Numbered from the stretch's first letter, positions 1-8,729 are shown. The stretch is 64,000 nucleotides of DNA from a bacterium (GCA_046757525.1 JBHHYI010000002.1:1-64000), one strand, 5' to 3'. Numbers and translations are program-made. Notes: generated by a model not told the origin, from the letters alone.

Positions 1-151
1 CTGCAGGCTGTGTTGAGAGATACCTTGAAGGCTCCGCCTCAAATTTCCCTTTACAAGTGGGTGAACAAAACTCATATTTTGCGCCATTATATTCTATAAA
101 ATTTTCTGCGGGGCTCTTAACTTCCATCCCGCAGACAGGATCCGTTGCCAT
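1..151 (-). CDS. N-terminal YHS/TRASH metal-binding domain of a protein running off the window edge (possibly a second P1B-type ATPase)
   Basis: Not in ORF track. Hand translation MATDPVCGMEVKSPAENFIEYNGAKYEFCSPTCKGKFEAEPSRYLSTQPA..., no stop before base 1; AGGAG RBS upstream of ATG at 151. Confidence 0.85.
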   Translation of the reverse strand, partial: MATDPVCGMEVKSPAENFIEYNGAKYEFCSPTCKGKFEAEPSRYLSTQPA

Positions 152-178
152 AATTTTCTCCTTTCTTCTGTCGACTCA

Positions 179-314
179 TAGACTCCTGCAAAATGGCTAT
201 TATTCTGTCATTTTGAGGAGCACAGCGACGAAAAATCTGTTTTTACCACTACAGGTAACAAGATTTCTCGCTTCGCTCGAAATGACAGAACCATTCTTAT
301 TCTACAGAAGTCTA
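179..314. repeat. MITE/REP-like nested inverted repeat
   Basis: Outer arms TAGACTCCTGCAAAAT / ATTCTACAGAAGTCTA (13/16); inner arms TTCTGTCATTTTGAG..AAAAATCT / AGATTTCTCG..CTCGAAATGACAGAA. Confidence 0.8.
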
Positions 315-321
315 CTGTCTA

Positions 322-495
322 TTATGAGTGATGGTGACTATGTTCGTATGCCTGACTTTCACCATTTTGTTTATCTTTCTCTTGCTTATCTCCATGATGG
401 GCATGCCCGCCACAGCCTCCCATGCCGCCATGACCGCGGTGCATAAAAAACATCAGCAAGGCAAATATCAGGATATAAATTAATGTTTCCGACAT
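322..495 (-). CDS. Small His-rich membrane protein, DUF2933-like
   Basis: One TM, then FFMHRGHGGMGGCGGHAHH and C-terminal HSHHHS; GGGAGG RBS favours ATG 495 over track start 510. Confidence 0.75.
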   Translation of the reverse strand: MSETLIYILIFALLMFFMHRGHGGMGGCGGHAHHGDKQEKDKQNGESQAYEHSHHHS

Positions 496-548
496 TTCGG
501 TCCCTCCCATGTTGTATGTTTAGAACAACCTTCACGGCAGTGCATTTT

Positions 549-1100
549 TTATTTCAACTCCGGCAGGTTATCGCTACGGAAGAAGTTGTAAATCGGGACG
601 AACACCACGGTGATATAAATTCCATAGCCAATTACGCCCACCAAACCGATGAAAAAGCTCGACCAGTTTAAGCCTGTGAAACCCGGCAAGAGAATTTTCC
701 AAAGTTCATTCATAGCGTACTTTGAGAGAATCAGATCAAAGACGATGCACAAGATGTAGGTAATCACAGCAAAACTCGTCACAGCCAGAGCAATGGGTTT
801 AAGACGTAGAGGTCTCATGACTCGCCCTCCTTCATTTGAATTAAAACGGCTGTCAAAATAATTGTATAATGGGACTAATGTGTAAGCGACATAAAAGCCG
901 GCCAGGAAGACCTGTAAGACTCCAGAGACTAAACTGGTCATTGTCAGCCAGGTAAAGTCAAACAAAATCATTTCCCACAAACGAAACATTTGCCAATTGG
1001 ACTCTGGCAAGAGATAATGCAACGTCACGCACCCCAGATATAATATTAGAAAGACGAAGCTCAGCGCAACTGCCACAGGATAGGGTTGAAGGCGTTTCAT
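549..1100 (-). CDS. Tandem DUF5676-like membrane protein
   Basis: Two similar halves (YLGCVTL..W..LFDFTWL..VPLYNYF and YILCIVF..W..LPGFTGL..VPIYNFF); GAGGTG RBS before ATG 1100. Confidence 0.75.
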   Translation of the reverse strand: MKRLQPYPVAVALSFVFLILYLGCVTLHYLLPESNWQMFRLWEMILFDFTWLTMTSLVSGVLQVFLAGFYVAYTLVPLYNYFDSRFNSNEGGRVMRPLRLKPIALAVTSFAVITYILCIVFDLILSKYAMNELWKILLPGFTGLNWSSFFIGLVGVIGYGIYITVVFVPIYNFFRSDNLPELK

Positions 1101-1165
1101 TTTTCTCACCTCGCTTTCAATTTTTCTTGTTAACAAAATTGACTAATCTTGCACAGAATTTACGG

Positions 1166-1789
1166 TCAACGTCCAAACCTCGGGATGAATGCCGGTACCT
1201 TGCTTTTATACAATCGGTAAACGTCTCCAAATCTAGCTTCCACTTCACGCTCCTCCCGCTGGCCCAGCCGATAATAGGCGTACATCAGAATCGGCCACAT
1301 GGCCAGGGTAATGATCGTGGGCCACTGGATGAGCATGCCGATGGTAATCAGAAACAATCCGGAATACTGCGGATGCCGCACATGCGCGTAAATGCCATCG
1401 GTGACCAATTCTCCCTGCTCTTCATGGATTTGCTTCCAGCCCTTGCCCATAATGATCAGTCCAATTAACATGACAAACCCACCCAATTGACAGATCACCA
1501 GTTTAACCCATTCAGGTGCACCGAAGAGGGTTCCCAACAGGTGACCATTGACATGTTCAAATGGATCACTGACACCAAGCTTGCCGCCAAAAAATGAGAG
1601 AAGGATGTAAATCGTCAGTGGAAAGCCGTACATTTCGGTGAACAGAGCCACGATAAACGCGGCAAAAACACCTAATGTACGCCATTCGTATTTCTTTTTG
1701 GGACGTAAAAAACCAATGACAAACGCCCCAAAAATAATGACGTTGAACAGTACCATGGACCAGAGGCCGTAGTCATACGATTCGTGCAT
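1166..1789 (-). CDS. Isoprenylcysteine carboxylmethyltransferase (ICMT/PEMT) family membrane protein
   Basis: ALFTEMYGFPLTIY, LVTDGIYAHVRHPQYSG, EEREVEARFGDVY..Y..VPAFIP motifs; family common in copper clusters. Confidence 0.9.
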   Translation of the reverse strand: MHESYDYGLWSMVLFNVIIFGAFVIGFLRPKKKYEWRTLGVFAAFIVALFTEMYGFPLTIYILLSFFGGKLGVSDPFEHVNGHLLGTLFGAPEWVKLVICQLGGFVMLIGLIIMGKGWKQIHEEQGELVTDGIYAHVRHPQYSGLFLITIGMLIQWPTIITLAMWPILMYAYYRLGQREEREVEARFGDVYRLYKSKVPAFIPRFGR

Positions 1790-1922
1790 AATCTTCTCTC
1801 CTATTTATTTCCATGAATCCACCCTCTCCTGACTTAAAACGTTGTTTATGTCAATTTGCAGGATGCAAAGCTTGGCTCTGTTGCAACCTGCAGCTTAAAT
1901 TGTCGCGATTGCTAACTATATG

Positions 1923-1938
1923 ACCAAGAAGCATGCCA
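1923..1938 (-). promoter_or_regulatory. sigma54 -24/-12 promoter of the ICMT-DUF5676-DUF2933-YHS unit
   Basis: Minus strand TGGCATGCTTCTTGGT vs consensus TGGCAC-N5-TTGC; enhancer pair upstream. Confidence 0.7.
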
Positions 1939-2026
1939 GGATCAAATCAGTTTTCATAATACTTTAAATAACAGACAATTACATTAGATTAATGACAATC
2001 ACTTTGCTGCAAACCGAAATCACATT

Positions 2027-2064
2027 TGTAGAATATGCAACACCGTAATGACAACTATCGTACA
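2027..2064. promoter_or_regulatory. Paired enhancer (UAS) sites
   Basis: TGTAGAATATGCAACA (2027-2042) and TGACAACTATCGTACA (2049-2064). Confidence 0.7.
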
Positions 2065-2102
2065 AGAAACTCATCGTATGTTTAGCCTCCAAAAGCTAAT
2101 AA

Positions 2103-4514
2103 TTAAAATCCTGCTGTGGTTTGTGGCCGTCCAAGAATCATTCCCAGTCCGGCTACTCCTGCGTACAGCACGGCTCCGACATAAAGGGCATAAGAAAACC
2201 CCATAAGAATGCCGATAATCATGGTCAGCGCCGAACCGAGCACCGAAGCCACGCCATTCACCCCCCACATCCAATGCACCAGTTCGCCAAACCCGTGGAT
2301 TTTCATCAGCCGAAGCGACAGCGGAAACGGGAATCCCATGACAAAACCGAGCGGAATTAAAAGCAGGGCCGCGGTGACCTTGGCTTCAATGCCCATGTTG
2401 AAAAAGTCGTCGAGGGTGAAGGCGTAGATAAACGTTAGAATGGAAACGAAGAGGGCTGCAATCGTGATTACGTGCCCCACTTTCTTATGGAATAGCGAAC
2501 TCACCAGACTACCCAGGCCGCTTCCCAGAAGAATCGAGAAGAGCAGCACGGTGAGCGCGAGCACAGGCTGGCCAACAAACAACGTCAACTTCTGAAACAG
2601 CGCAATCTCTACGAGCATAAAGCTAATTCCCAGACAAAAAAATATGAGCAGAAATGTTTTTAGCTGAGGATGCGTGGCAAGTTTATTGGTAAAATATCTT
2701 GGCCTCAATTCCGAATCGTTTTGCGCTTTTGGAATCAAAACAAGTCCTGCTACCAAACCAACGGCTAAAACAATCAGAATGGAAAAAATGCCAAATGGTT
2801 TTGGTAAGCCGGGTTCAAATTTATAGAAGAAAGGACTATCATCTGTTACCGGTCCGATGTCCAGTATAACTCCTTGCAGCAATTGCTCTAGAGTTAATTT
2901 GCCTGTGGATATGTCGACCAAAATCTGATCAAACATACGCCACTCGAAATCCAAACCTATTTCTTGGTTAGGCGGCAATACCACCTGGCGCTCGTAAGGA
3001 ACAAAGAAACTGCCCGTGTCAAAGCGAAGTCGATGCAGCGCCGCATGCCTTTCTGTGATTTCTTCTCGCTCGAACGGCTGTTTTTTTATCACGATAGCCG
3101 GCATCCTGTCCGCGGCAATGGTGTAGATGTGCTTCATGGCCTCTGGCTGGGACACACCGCGTTGTACGAATGCCGTGAGAGCGAGACCGATCAGGCGATA
3201 GATTTCTGGATCATCGTGGGCGACGATAACGATGCGTCCTTCCGGGGTCAGGTGGTCGAGATAGTCTCCGATGGACTCTACGGTGAACAGATAGTTCTCC
3301 GTCAGGGCGTAGCCTTCAACACTGCGGCTGCTCTTGGTGACGGGGATGGCCAGCATGATCAAGTCATACTTTGCATGCGTGGAGCGGATGTAATGGCGCC
3401 CTTCGGCAACCGCCACCTGCACATTTGGCTTTGTGGTATAAATCCCGCCATTGAACTTCTCGTAATCTTTCACCATCTGCACTAATTCAGGATTAACTTC
3501 CACGGCCGTGATGGATTTGACTTCTCCCAGCAGTGCCACCACTACGTCCCGCCCCGCGCCCGCACCGATGATTAGAGCGCTGTCTTTTTCCCTCTCCTTC
3601 AGGAAAAAGAAGGGAAAATATCCACCGTAGTGCATCATGAGGTGCGCTTTTTGGTCCGGATTATTGACCAACGAGTCGAGGTTGTACATGACGGTGCCTG
3701 CTGCGCCATCCACGAAGATGGTCATGTCGTTTGGGTCAAGTGCGCTACGGACGAGGTCGGTGCGGCCAAACGCGCTCCAGCGGCTTTCCACGATTTCTGC
3801 TCTGTCCAGAGGATTGGCGAGCGCGCGGTACATATCCTTATTGAGGTCCTTTGCAATGGGCACTTCGCCTTTGAGACCGAATATGCCCAAAGCAACCACG
3901 CCTACAGCCAGTCCGGCAAAGGACGTAAAAGAGATTGAGAGGCTGCGAGCTCTGGATAACGCAAGTGTCACCGCGGCCAGGGCGGCCACGACTGCCGTGA
4001 CCAAGGCCGCATTCACGCCGCCGAACCCATTCAGAAGCGGCATAACGGACAAGGCGCCCAGAGTCGCGCCCAGGAGATCGGCTCCATAAAGGAGGGAACT
4101 GTATTCTGCAAATTCCTGGAATATCGCGGCCAGGGTTAAACCCGCAAACAAAAACGGCAGCGTGGCAATCAGGATGTAAAACCAGAAGCTAAGGTCCACT
4201 AAAACATCGCTGTCGTAAATCGGCAGCTTGATAATACTGATCACCGAAACAGCAACGAGGAGAGCAAATAAGGCAGCGTTGGTGTGATAACCGGTTCGAG
4301 GCAACCAGCCAGACCATCTTTTCAGCAGCATGCCGCCTACGCCCAGTCCGAGCAGTGCAAATGAAATCACCGCAAACACGTAGTGATAGCTCAACATCAC
4401 TGAGAAAATTCTTGTCAGCACAATCTCAAACGCGAGTACGCTGTAAGAGATCAGGGCTGTGGACAGCACTACCAACCCAAAACGTGAGGGCTGTGGCACC
4501 CCTTCTGAAATCAT
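2103..4514 (-). CDS. Polytopic membrane protein with a central spermidine-synthase-like class I SAM-binding domain
   Basis: About 7 N-terminal TMs (FEIVLTRIFS), ALIIGAGAGRDV, VEVNP, AEGRHYI, ENYLFTVES, C-terminal TMs (WMWGVNGVASVLGS); AAGGAG RBS before ATG 4514. Confidence 0.85.
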   Translation of the reverse strand: MISEGVPQPSRFGLVVLSTALISYSVLAFEIVLTRIFSVMLSYHYVFAVISFALLGLGVGGMLLKRWSGWLPRTGYHTNAALFALLVAVSVISIIKLPIYDSDVLVDLSFWFYILIATLPFLFAGLTLAAIFQEFAEYSSLLYGADLLGATLGALSVMPLLNGFGGVNAALVTAVVAALAAVTLALSRARSLSISFTSFAGLAVGVVALGIFGLKGEVPIAKDLNKDMYRALANPLDRAEIVESRWSAFGRTDLVRSALDPNDMTIFVDGAAGTVMYNLDSLVNNPDQKAHLMMHYGGYFPFFFLKEREKDSALIIGAGAGRDVVVALLGEVKSITAVEVNPELVQMVKDYEKFNGGIYTTKPNVQVAVAEGRHYIRSTHAKYDLIMLAIPVTKSSRSVEGYALTENYLFTVESIGDYLDHLTPEGRIVIVAHDDPEIYRLIGLALTAFVQRGVSQPEAMKHIYTIAADRMPAIVIKKQPFEREEITERHAALHRLRFDTGSFFVPYERQVVLPPNQEIGLDFEWRMFDQILVDISTGKLTLEQLLQGVILDIGPVTDDSPFFYKFEPGLPKPFGIFSILIVLAVGLVAGLVLIPKAQNDSELRPRYFTNKLATHPQLKTFLLIFFCLGISFMLVEIALFQKLTLFVGQPVLALTVLLFSILLGSGLGSLVSSLFHKKVGHVITIAALFVSILTFIYAFTLDDFFNMGIEAKVTAALLLIPLGFVMGFPFPLSLRLMKIHGFGELVHWMWGVNGVASVLGSALTMIIGILMGFSYALYVGAVLYAGVAGLGMILGRPQTTAGF

Positions 4515-4660
4515 CTTAATGCTCTCTCCTTTCCAGGAAATAGGTAAGACAATACTTCCTACCAAAACAGATCTTGAAGTAACGGACGCCAAGGTTACCG
4601 CGTCATGTCATTCGAAAACGATTTCAACAAACTCGTGTTATGATTCCTAATTACCGTTGC

Positions 4661-4726
4661 AAACCCTGACAGGGTTTTATTGACAATCACAGCTATCTTT
4701 TTGCCCGTAAAAACCCTGTCAGGGTT
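4661..4726. repeat. REP-like palindrome doublet
   Basis: AAACCCTGACAGGGTTT and AAACCCTGTCAGGGTT; each self-complementary and inverted relative to the other. Confidence 0.75.
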
Positions 4727-4830
4727 GATATGTTAATCGAGAATCGATCGTCTAGGCATAGCTTTGGGGATCTTAAAAAGCTATTGGCCCACTTCAAACA
4801 AAAAATTGCAGATAGAGTGAGAAGATTACA

Positions 4831-5268
4831 TTAAGCGTAAGGAGGTGCGTGCAAGAGGCAGGTTTGGGCATACTTATCCCTTGCTCGGAATGAAAGATGA
4901 GGTGGCAAGCGCTCGATATAGGTGTCAAATTGATTCGAATCTACGGGCTCTTTTGTTTCAATTAAAACACTGATGGACAAAGTAAGTTCATGAAATATGA
5001 GCTGCGGTACAAACTTCCTACTCCCGACGTACAGATTCAACTCATTATCGCAGCAAAACTGATCCTCATGACCTTTTTTGTCATGGCTGTGTGAGGGCGT
5101 TGGTGAATCATGTGGGTAGGCTCTGTCGTTATGATGCGCATGTTGCAAAAAACCCGCAACCGCCGCCGTGGTTTGCTCTGCCAGACAAGCGTTTGGACTC
5201 ACGGACAGGATGAAGATTAACAGGGAGAAATAAGCTTTTGGTTGGAAAAATGTCATCTTTTGCACCAT
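4831..5268 (-). CDS. Exported His/Cys-containing small protein ending HAPP; candidate leader/arrest peptide
   Basis: Signal-like N-terminus, HAHH..H..HSH..H, FCCD, C-terminal CLLHAPPYA. Confidence 0.65.
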   Translation of the reverse strand: MVQKMTFFQPKAYFSLLIFILSVSPNACLAEQTTAAVAGFLQHAHHNDRAYPHDSPTPSHSHDKKGHEDQFCCDNELNLYVGSRKFVPQLIFHELTLSISVLIETKEPVDSNQFDTYIERLPPHLSFRARDKYAQTCLLHAPPYA

Positions 5269-5425
5269 TGTCAGTAAGAAGTTAATAATTTGTTACAAAA
5301 AGTCAAGAAAAAATAACCGGTGTAAAAGCTCAGTTAAGGTGAGGTAGCCTACGGCACTCGTTCCCAAGTTTACAGACTGTGCAAAAAATACGATCAAGAG
5401 GCTCTTTAACTGTGCAACACCTTGA

Positions 5426-5497
5426 TGTCATTCTGGGGGCATCTTTTTGACCAACAGCATCTTACCTCCATCGCAAAAGATTCCCTACTGAATGACA
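5426..5497. repeat. Degenerate copy of the TGTCATT..AATGACA inverted repeat family
   Basis: TGTCATTCTGGGGGCATCTTTT / AAAAGATTCCCTACTGAATGACA; AGACTGTGCAAAAA at 5374 resembles the outer arm of 179-314. Confidence 0.6.
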
Positions 5498-5530
5498 GGG
5501 GCCGCCTTCCATGACTCAAATTGCTCCAAC

Positions 5531-6031
5531 CTATGGTGTCTCGAGTTTCGCAAGAAAGTCGTTTAACAGGAGTTCGCACCACGTGGGCGACGCAGAAATC
5601 CAGACATTTCGTTTTCCATCCTGAAAAAAGTAGTGAGCCAGGCCCCGGCTGGCCGCGGAGTGAATGGTCTTGCCCTTTCTTTGAAACTGGTTTATGTAAG
5701 AAAATTCCGGCGATTTTCGCGCCTTAATCTTTTCCACCATTCTGGACATCATCTGAGCTGATTTTTCCTCGCTGTCGAAAATAGTCAGATACACCGTCGC
5801 TTCGTCTTCCTGGTCCCGGTAGGTGCCAATCACGCTCTCATACTCCGCAAAACTGACTCCGTGGTGCATCTTGCTCAACTTGTTTCTTGCCACTTCATTC
5901 TTTTCCACTCGCACCAAATGCAAATCAGCAAGCTGGTCGGGTAATTGGCTCGTGGACGGCTTTTCGCCGCAAGCCATGAATGCCAGTGTCAACAAGCTGA
6001 CCAAAGGTAAATCGTACTTTCGGATGTGCAT
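5531..6031 (-). CDS. Hypothetical lipoprotein
   Basis: Lipobox-like LAFMA-C; KMHHG motif; last gene of the copA unit. Confidence 0.75.
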   Translation of the reverse strand: MHIRKYDLPLVSLLTLAFMACGEKPSTSQLPDQLADLHLVRVEKNEVARNKLSKMHHGVSFAEYESVIGTYRDQEDEATVYLTIFDSEEKSAQMMSRMVEKIKARKSPEFSYINQFQRKGKTIHSAASRGLAHYFFQDGKRNVWISASPTWCELLLNDFLAKLETP

Positions 6032-6199
6032 GACTTACTTCTAATCTTTTTGAATCAACTAATTTTTAGGAGAATTTTGGCGGGAGAATGAGCACCCAAA
6101 CTGAACGAAGCGTATGACCGCTTCAATGATCCCTGTTCGCAGTCAAACTAGCTTCGCACCACCGGGTTGTGGGTGCCCTTCTCCCTTTCTTAGCCCATC

Positions 6200-6346
6200 T
6201 TACTTCTGCATGTACTCATGCGGATCGCTCTCGAACTCCTTTTTACACGATTCTGAGCAGAAATAATAGGCTTTTCCCATGTGTTCGACTTTGGCTGCGG
6301 CCTTTTTTTCATCTACTTCCATGCCGCAGACGGGGTCTTTTGCCAT
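6200..6346 (-). CDS. Stand-alone YHS domain protein (48 aa)
   Basis: Not in track. MAKDPVCGMEVDEKKAAAKVEHMGKAYYFCSESCKKEFESDPHEYMQK; GGAGGTG RBS. Confidence 0.92.
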   Translation of the reverse strand: MAKDPVCGMEVDEKKAAAKVEHMGKAYYFCSESCKKEFESDPHEYMQK

Positions 6347-6515
6347 TGTAATCACCTCCTTTGAATCTTCTTCTGATAAAGACGTGAAGCCTTCCAGGCA
6401 ACGCCGACTTGCCGGAAGAAGGTTGGCGTTTGTCTGCCCTAAACAGACGCTAACCTTTGAAAAAGGTCAGCGTCTACCATACTCGCAAGAACCAAATGGT
6501 CCTTACCTTCAGACA

Positions 6516-7520
6516 CTACATAACATGGCTTTGTCCAGGCGTCAATGCCGCAAGTCCTACAAGGGCCAACAGCAAGGCCAGGGCCCCAAGATAACCCCAA
6601 ATTACTGTGGTGTGTAACCACCCGGGAACGTCATTCCGGTTATCGATAACCGGAATGATTAACAATCCGCCCACAAGCAACCCGGGAACGATGAGCAAAG
6701 ACCACAGGCCGAAAAAATTCTCGAAAGCGTAGAGCCACAAGAATACCCACGGTGGCTTCGTTAGCTCCACGCCGTCGTACGGCCCAGGGAGCACGCCCAC
6801 CGGATAAGTCACAGCCAACAACGATAGCAGACCAACAAAGACCAACGAGAACCCCAACATCTTGCGCAGATGGGTCGAAAACATCACCTGCCCGGTGGTT
6901 TCCTGTCCCGGCAAAAGAGACAGGCCGTTTATCTTCACGAACGCCAGATGCCCGATTATCAGCAGTCCGAAGAGAATGGGAAGCACCACGGTGTGAGTGA
7001 CCAGGAACCGCGACAGGATGAGCGAGCCGCTGAGGAATGCTGCGGCGCCCTCGCCCAGCGTCCCAAGCAGCTCAAAGCCGGCTAAGGTATGCAAATAAGC
7101 CTCGTAGCCTTCCTGATCCCATCGCAGCACCGTGCCCGTGAAAAAGAACGTCACAAGCACCACGAGCAATCCAACCCCAAAGTACCAGTTCCACTGGCGG
7201 GCGCCGCGGTAGCTGCCTGTGAGCACGGTGCGGGTCATGTGCAGAATCGCTACGAAAACTGCGCCTGCAGCGCTCCAACGATGTAACGAACGAATCCACA
7301 TCCCCACGGGCGCTGATATGAAACCGATGAGCGTACTGCGAGTATCTGAAAGGCTCGTACTGTAAAACAGAGCCATGACAATTCCGCTAAGAAAAAGAAT
7401 CCCAAAAGTAAACAGGGTAATTCCTCCTAAACTATACCCCAACCTCAATGCGTGCTTAGGAACCGGATAGTCCAGGTCTTTCAGCCGAAAAGGCTCCCGC
7501 CTTGTTGCATTAGTCCTCAT
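6516..7520 (-). CDS. Cytochrome b/b6-family protein (unsplit, subunit-IV-like part fused)
   Basis: YSLGGITL; four heme His (RSLHRW, ILHMTR, VTHTVV, IIGHLA); TGSYR..NWYFG; LRWDQEGY; KPPWVFLWLY at the PEWY position; start moved from track 7616 to ATG 7520. Confidence 0.9.
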   Translation of the reverse strand: MRTNATRREPFRLKDLDYPVPKHALRLGYSLGGITLFTFGILFLSGIVMALFYSTSLSDTRSTLIGFISAPVGMWIRSLHRWSAAGAVFVAILHMTRTVLTGSYRGARQWNWYFGVGLLVVLVTFFFTGTVLRWDQEGYEAYLHTLAGFELLGTLGEGAAAFLSGSLILSRFLVTHTVVLPILFGLLIIGHLAFVKINGLSLLPGQETTGQVMFSTHLRKMLGFSLVFVGLLSLLAVTYPVGVLPGPYDGVELTKPPWVFLWLYAFENFFGLWSLLIVPGLLVGGLLIIPVIDNRNDVPGWLHTTVIWGYLGALALLLALVGLAALTPGQSHVM

Positions 7521-7899
7521 GGTCCGGTTCTCTCGTTTTGTTTCCTGTTGAAGTTGAGTTTTTTCGAGGGTAGTAAGCCACGACCACTCCCAGTAAGGCC
7601 AGAGCCAGCGAGGCAACTTTAATCACAGTATTTGAAGTCGACGACTGGGTGTCTGCTATGATCTGTTCGATGTCTTTCTGTATGGCAACTTCCTTACCGT
7701 GATCGTGAAGAGCGATCGCGGGGTTAGCTGCATGCTCGTGTTCATCGGCGGCACTGTCCGCCATGGCGTGTGTTGTTGTCACCGGTGTAACTTTCGTGAT
7801 CTTCCCTTTGTGCTTTTCGTCGCCGTGGGCAAATGCTGCCGCAGTAGCCACGAACAAAAGCATCGTCACGGTTACCGCTGGAAAAAAATGTAGCTTCAT
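7510..7899 (-). CDS. Exported His-rich protein with C-terminal membrane anchor
   Basis: Signal peptide ending AFA-HGDEKH, EHEH, LHDH, C-terminal TM; AAGGAG RBS. Confidence 0.8.
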   Translation of the reverse strand: MKLHFFPAVTVTMLLFVATAAAFAHGDEKHKGKITKVTPVTTTHAMADSAADEHEHAANPAIALHDHGKEVAIQKDIEQIIADTQSSTSNTVIKVASLALALLGVVVAYYPRKNSTSTGNKTREPDHED

Positions 7900-7980
7900 T
7901 GGTTACGCTCCTTTGTTTTAAGAATTCATTGTTTTCATAACTCGCAAATCCTAATTACGAAATACGGTCCTGTCGAGCGC

Positions 7981-8535
7981 TCACACGGTAAGCACGAAGC
8001 CTTTGCCGGAACGTTCTGGCTGCAAGTTGGCTTGCTGTGGCAGCCTGATGCCTAACAGACCGGTACCTACGCGGAGGTTGCCATCTGCTTTGACCTCGAT
8101 GGGTGGTCGATAGAGCGGCTCGCGAGCCGGTCCCCGCAGCACATCCCCTTCCATCGAGAATTTACTGCCATGACACGGGCAGTGAAACACGCCTTCATTT
8201 TCCCGCCACGGTGGAATACAACCCAGGTGAGTACAAATCCCTACCAGGGCATATAGATTTTTCCTGCGTTTGATGATAAAGACTCGTTGACGGTCCAGCC
8301 AGCGATTGTCCACACCTTCGGGGTAGTCCTCAGGCGATCCAGCCTTAAACATCATGGCCGGCTCAAGCAAGGCGTTTGGAAGCAGGTATTCATAGGTGCC
8401 TGCGACAGAACCGACGGCGGCAAGACCGATGGCACCAGTACCGATGGTGACCAAAAAGTCCCGTCGACCGATGGGAGTCCCATTTCGGTCCTCCTTGATG
8501 TTTGATTTGTGAACTTTTTTACTCATAATACTCAC
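7981..8535 (-). CDS. Rieske 2Fe-2S protein (QcrA/PetC type, Tat-like anchor)
   Basis: GRRDFL twin-arginine + TM, CTHLGC and CPCHGS boxes, GPA..PL; start may be ATG 8526. Confidence 0.95.
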   Translation of the reverse strand: MSIMSKKVHKSNIKEDRNGTPIGRRDFLVTIGTGAIGLAAVGSVAGTYEYLLPNALLEPAMMFKAGSPEDYPEGVDNRWLDRQRVFIIKRRKNLYALVGICTHLGCIPPWRENEGVFHCPCHGSKFSMEGDVLRGPAREPLYRPPIEVKADGNLRVGTGLLGIRLPQQANLQPERSGKGFVLTV

Positions 8536-8570
8536 CGCTATAATTCTGGTTCAAAATTAACGTGAGGTGC

Positions 8571-8729
8571 CTATTTCCTTTTTGAAGGCACTACATACTT
8601 TTCCGGGTTTTTCTCAAATTCAGACTGACATAGCGGGCAACAGAGGAGATACTGTTTCCCTTTATGTTCCACAACAGCATAAGCTTTGTTGCGGTTCATC
8701 TTTCTACCACAGACGGGATCACGATGCAT
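8571..8729 (-). CDS. Stand-alone YHS/TRASH protein (52 aa)
   Basis: Not in track. MHRDPVCGRKMNRNKAYAVVEHKGKQYLLCCPLCQSEFEKNPEKYVVPSKRK; AAGGAG RBS. Confidence 0.9.
   Translation of the reverse strand: MHRDPVCGRKMNRNKAYAVVEHKGKQYLLCCPLCQSEFEKNPEKYVVPSKRK

Noticed and set aside
291..306. TATTCTACA half-match to the enhancer motif
   Set aside because: Only one half matches, it lies in the repeat arm, and it has no partner site or sigma54 box
57..446. 129-aa plus-strand ORF
   Set aside because: Antisense to the YHS and DUF2933-like genes and reads through a palindromic repeat
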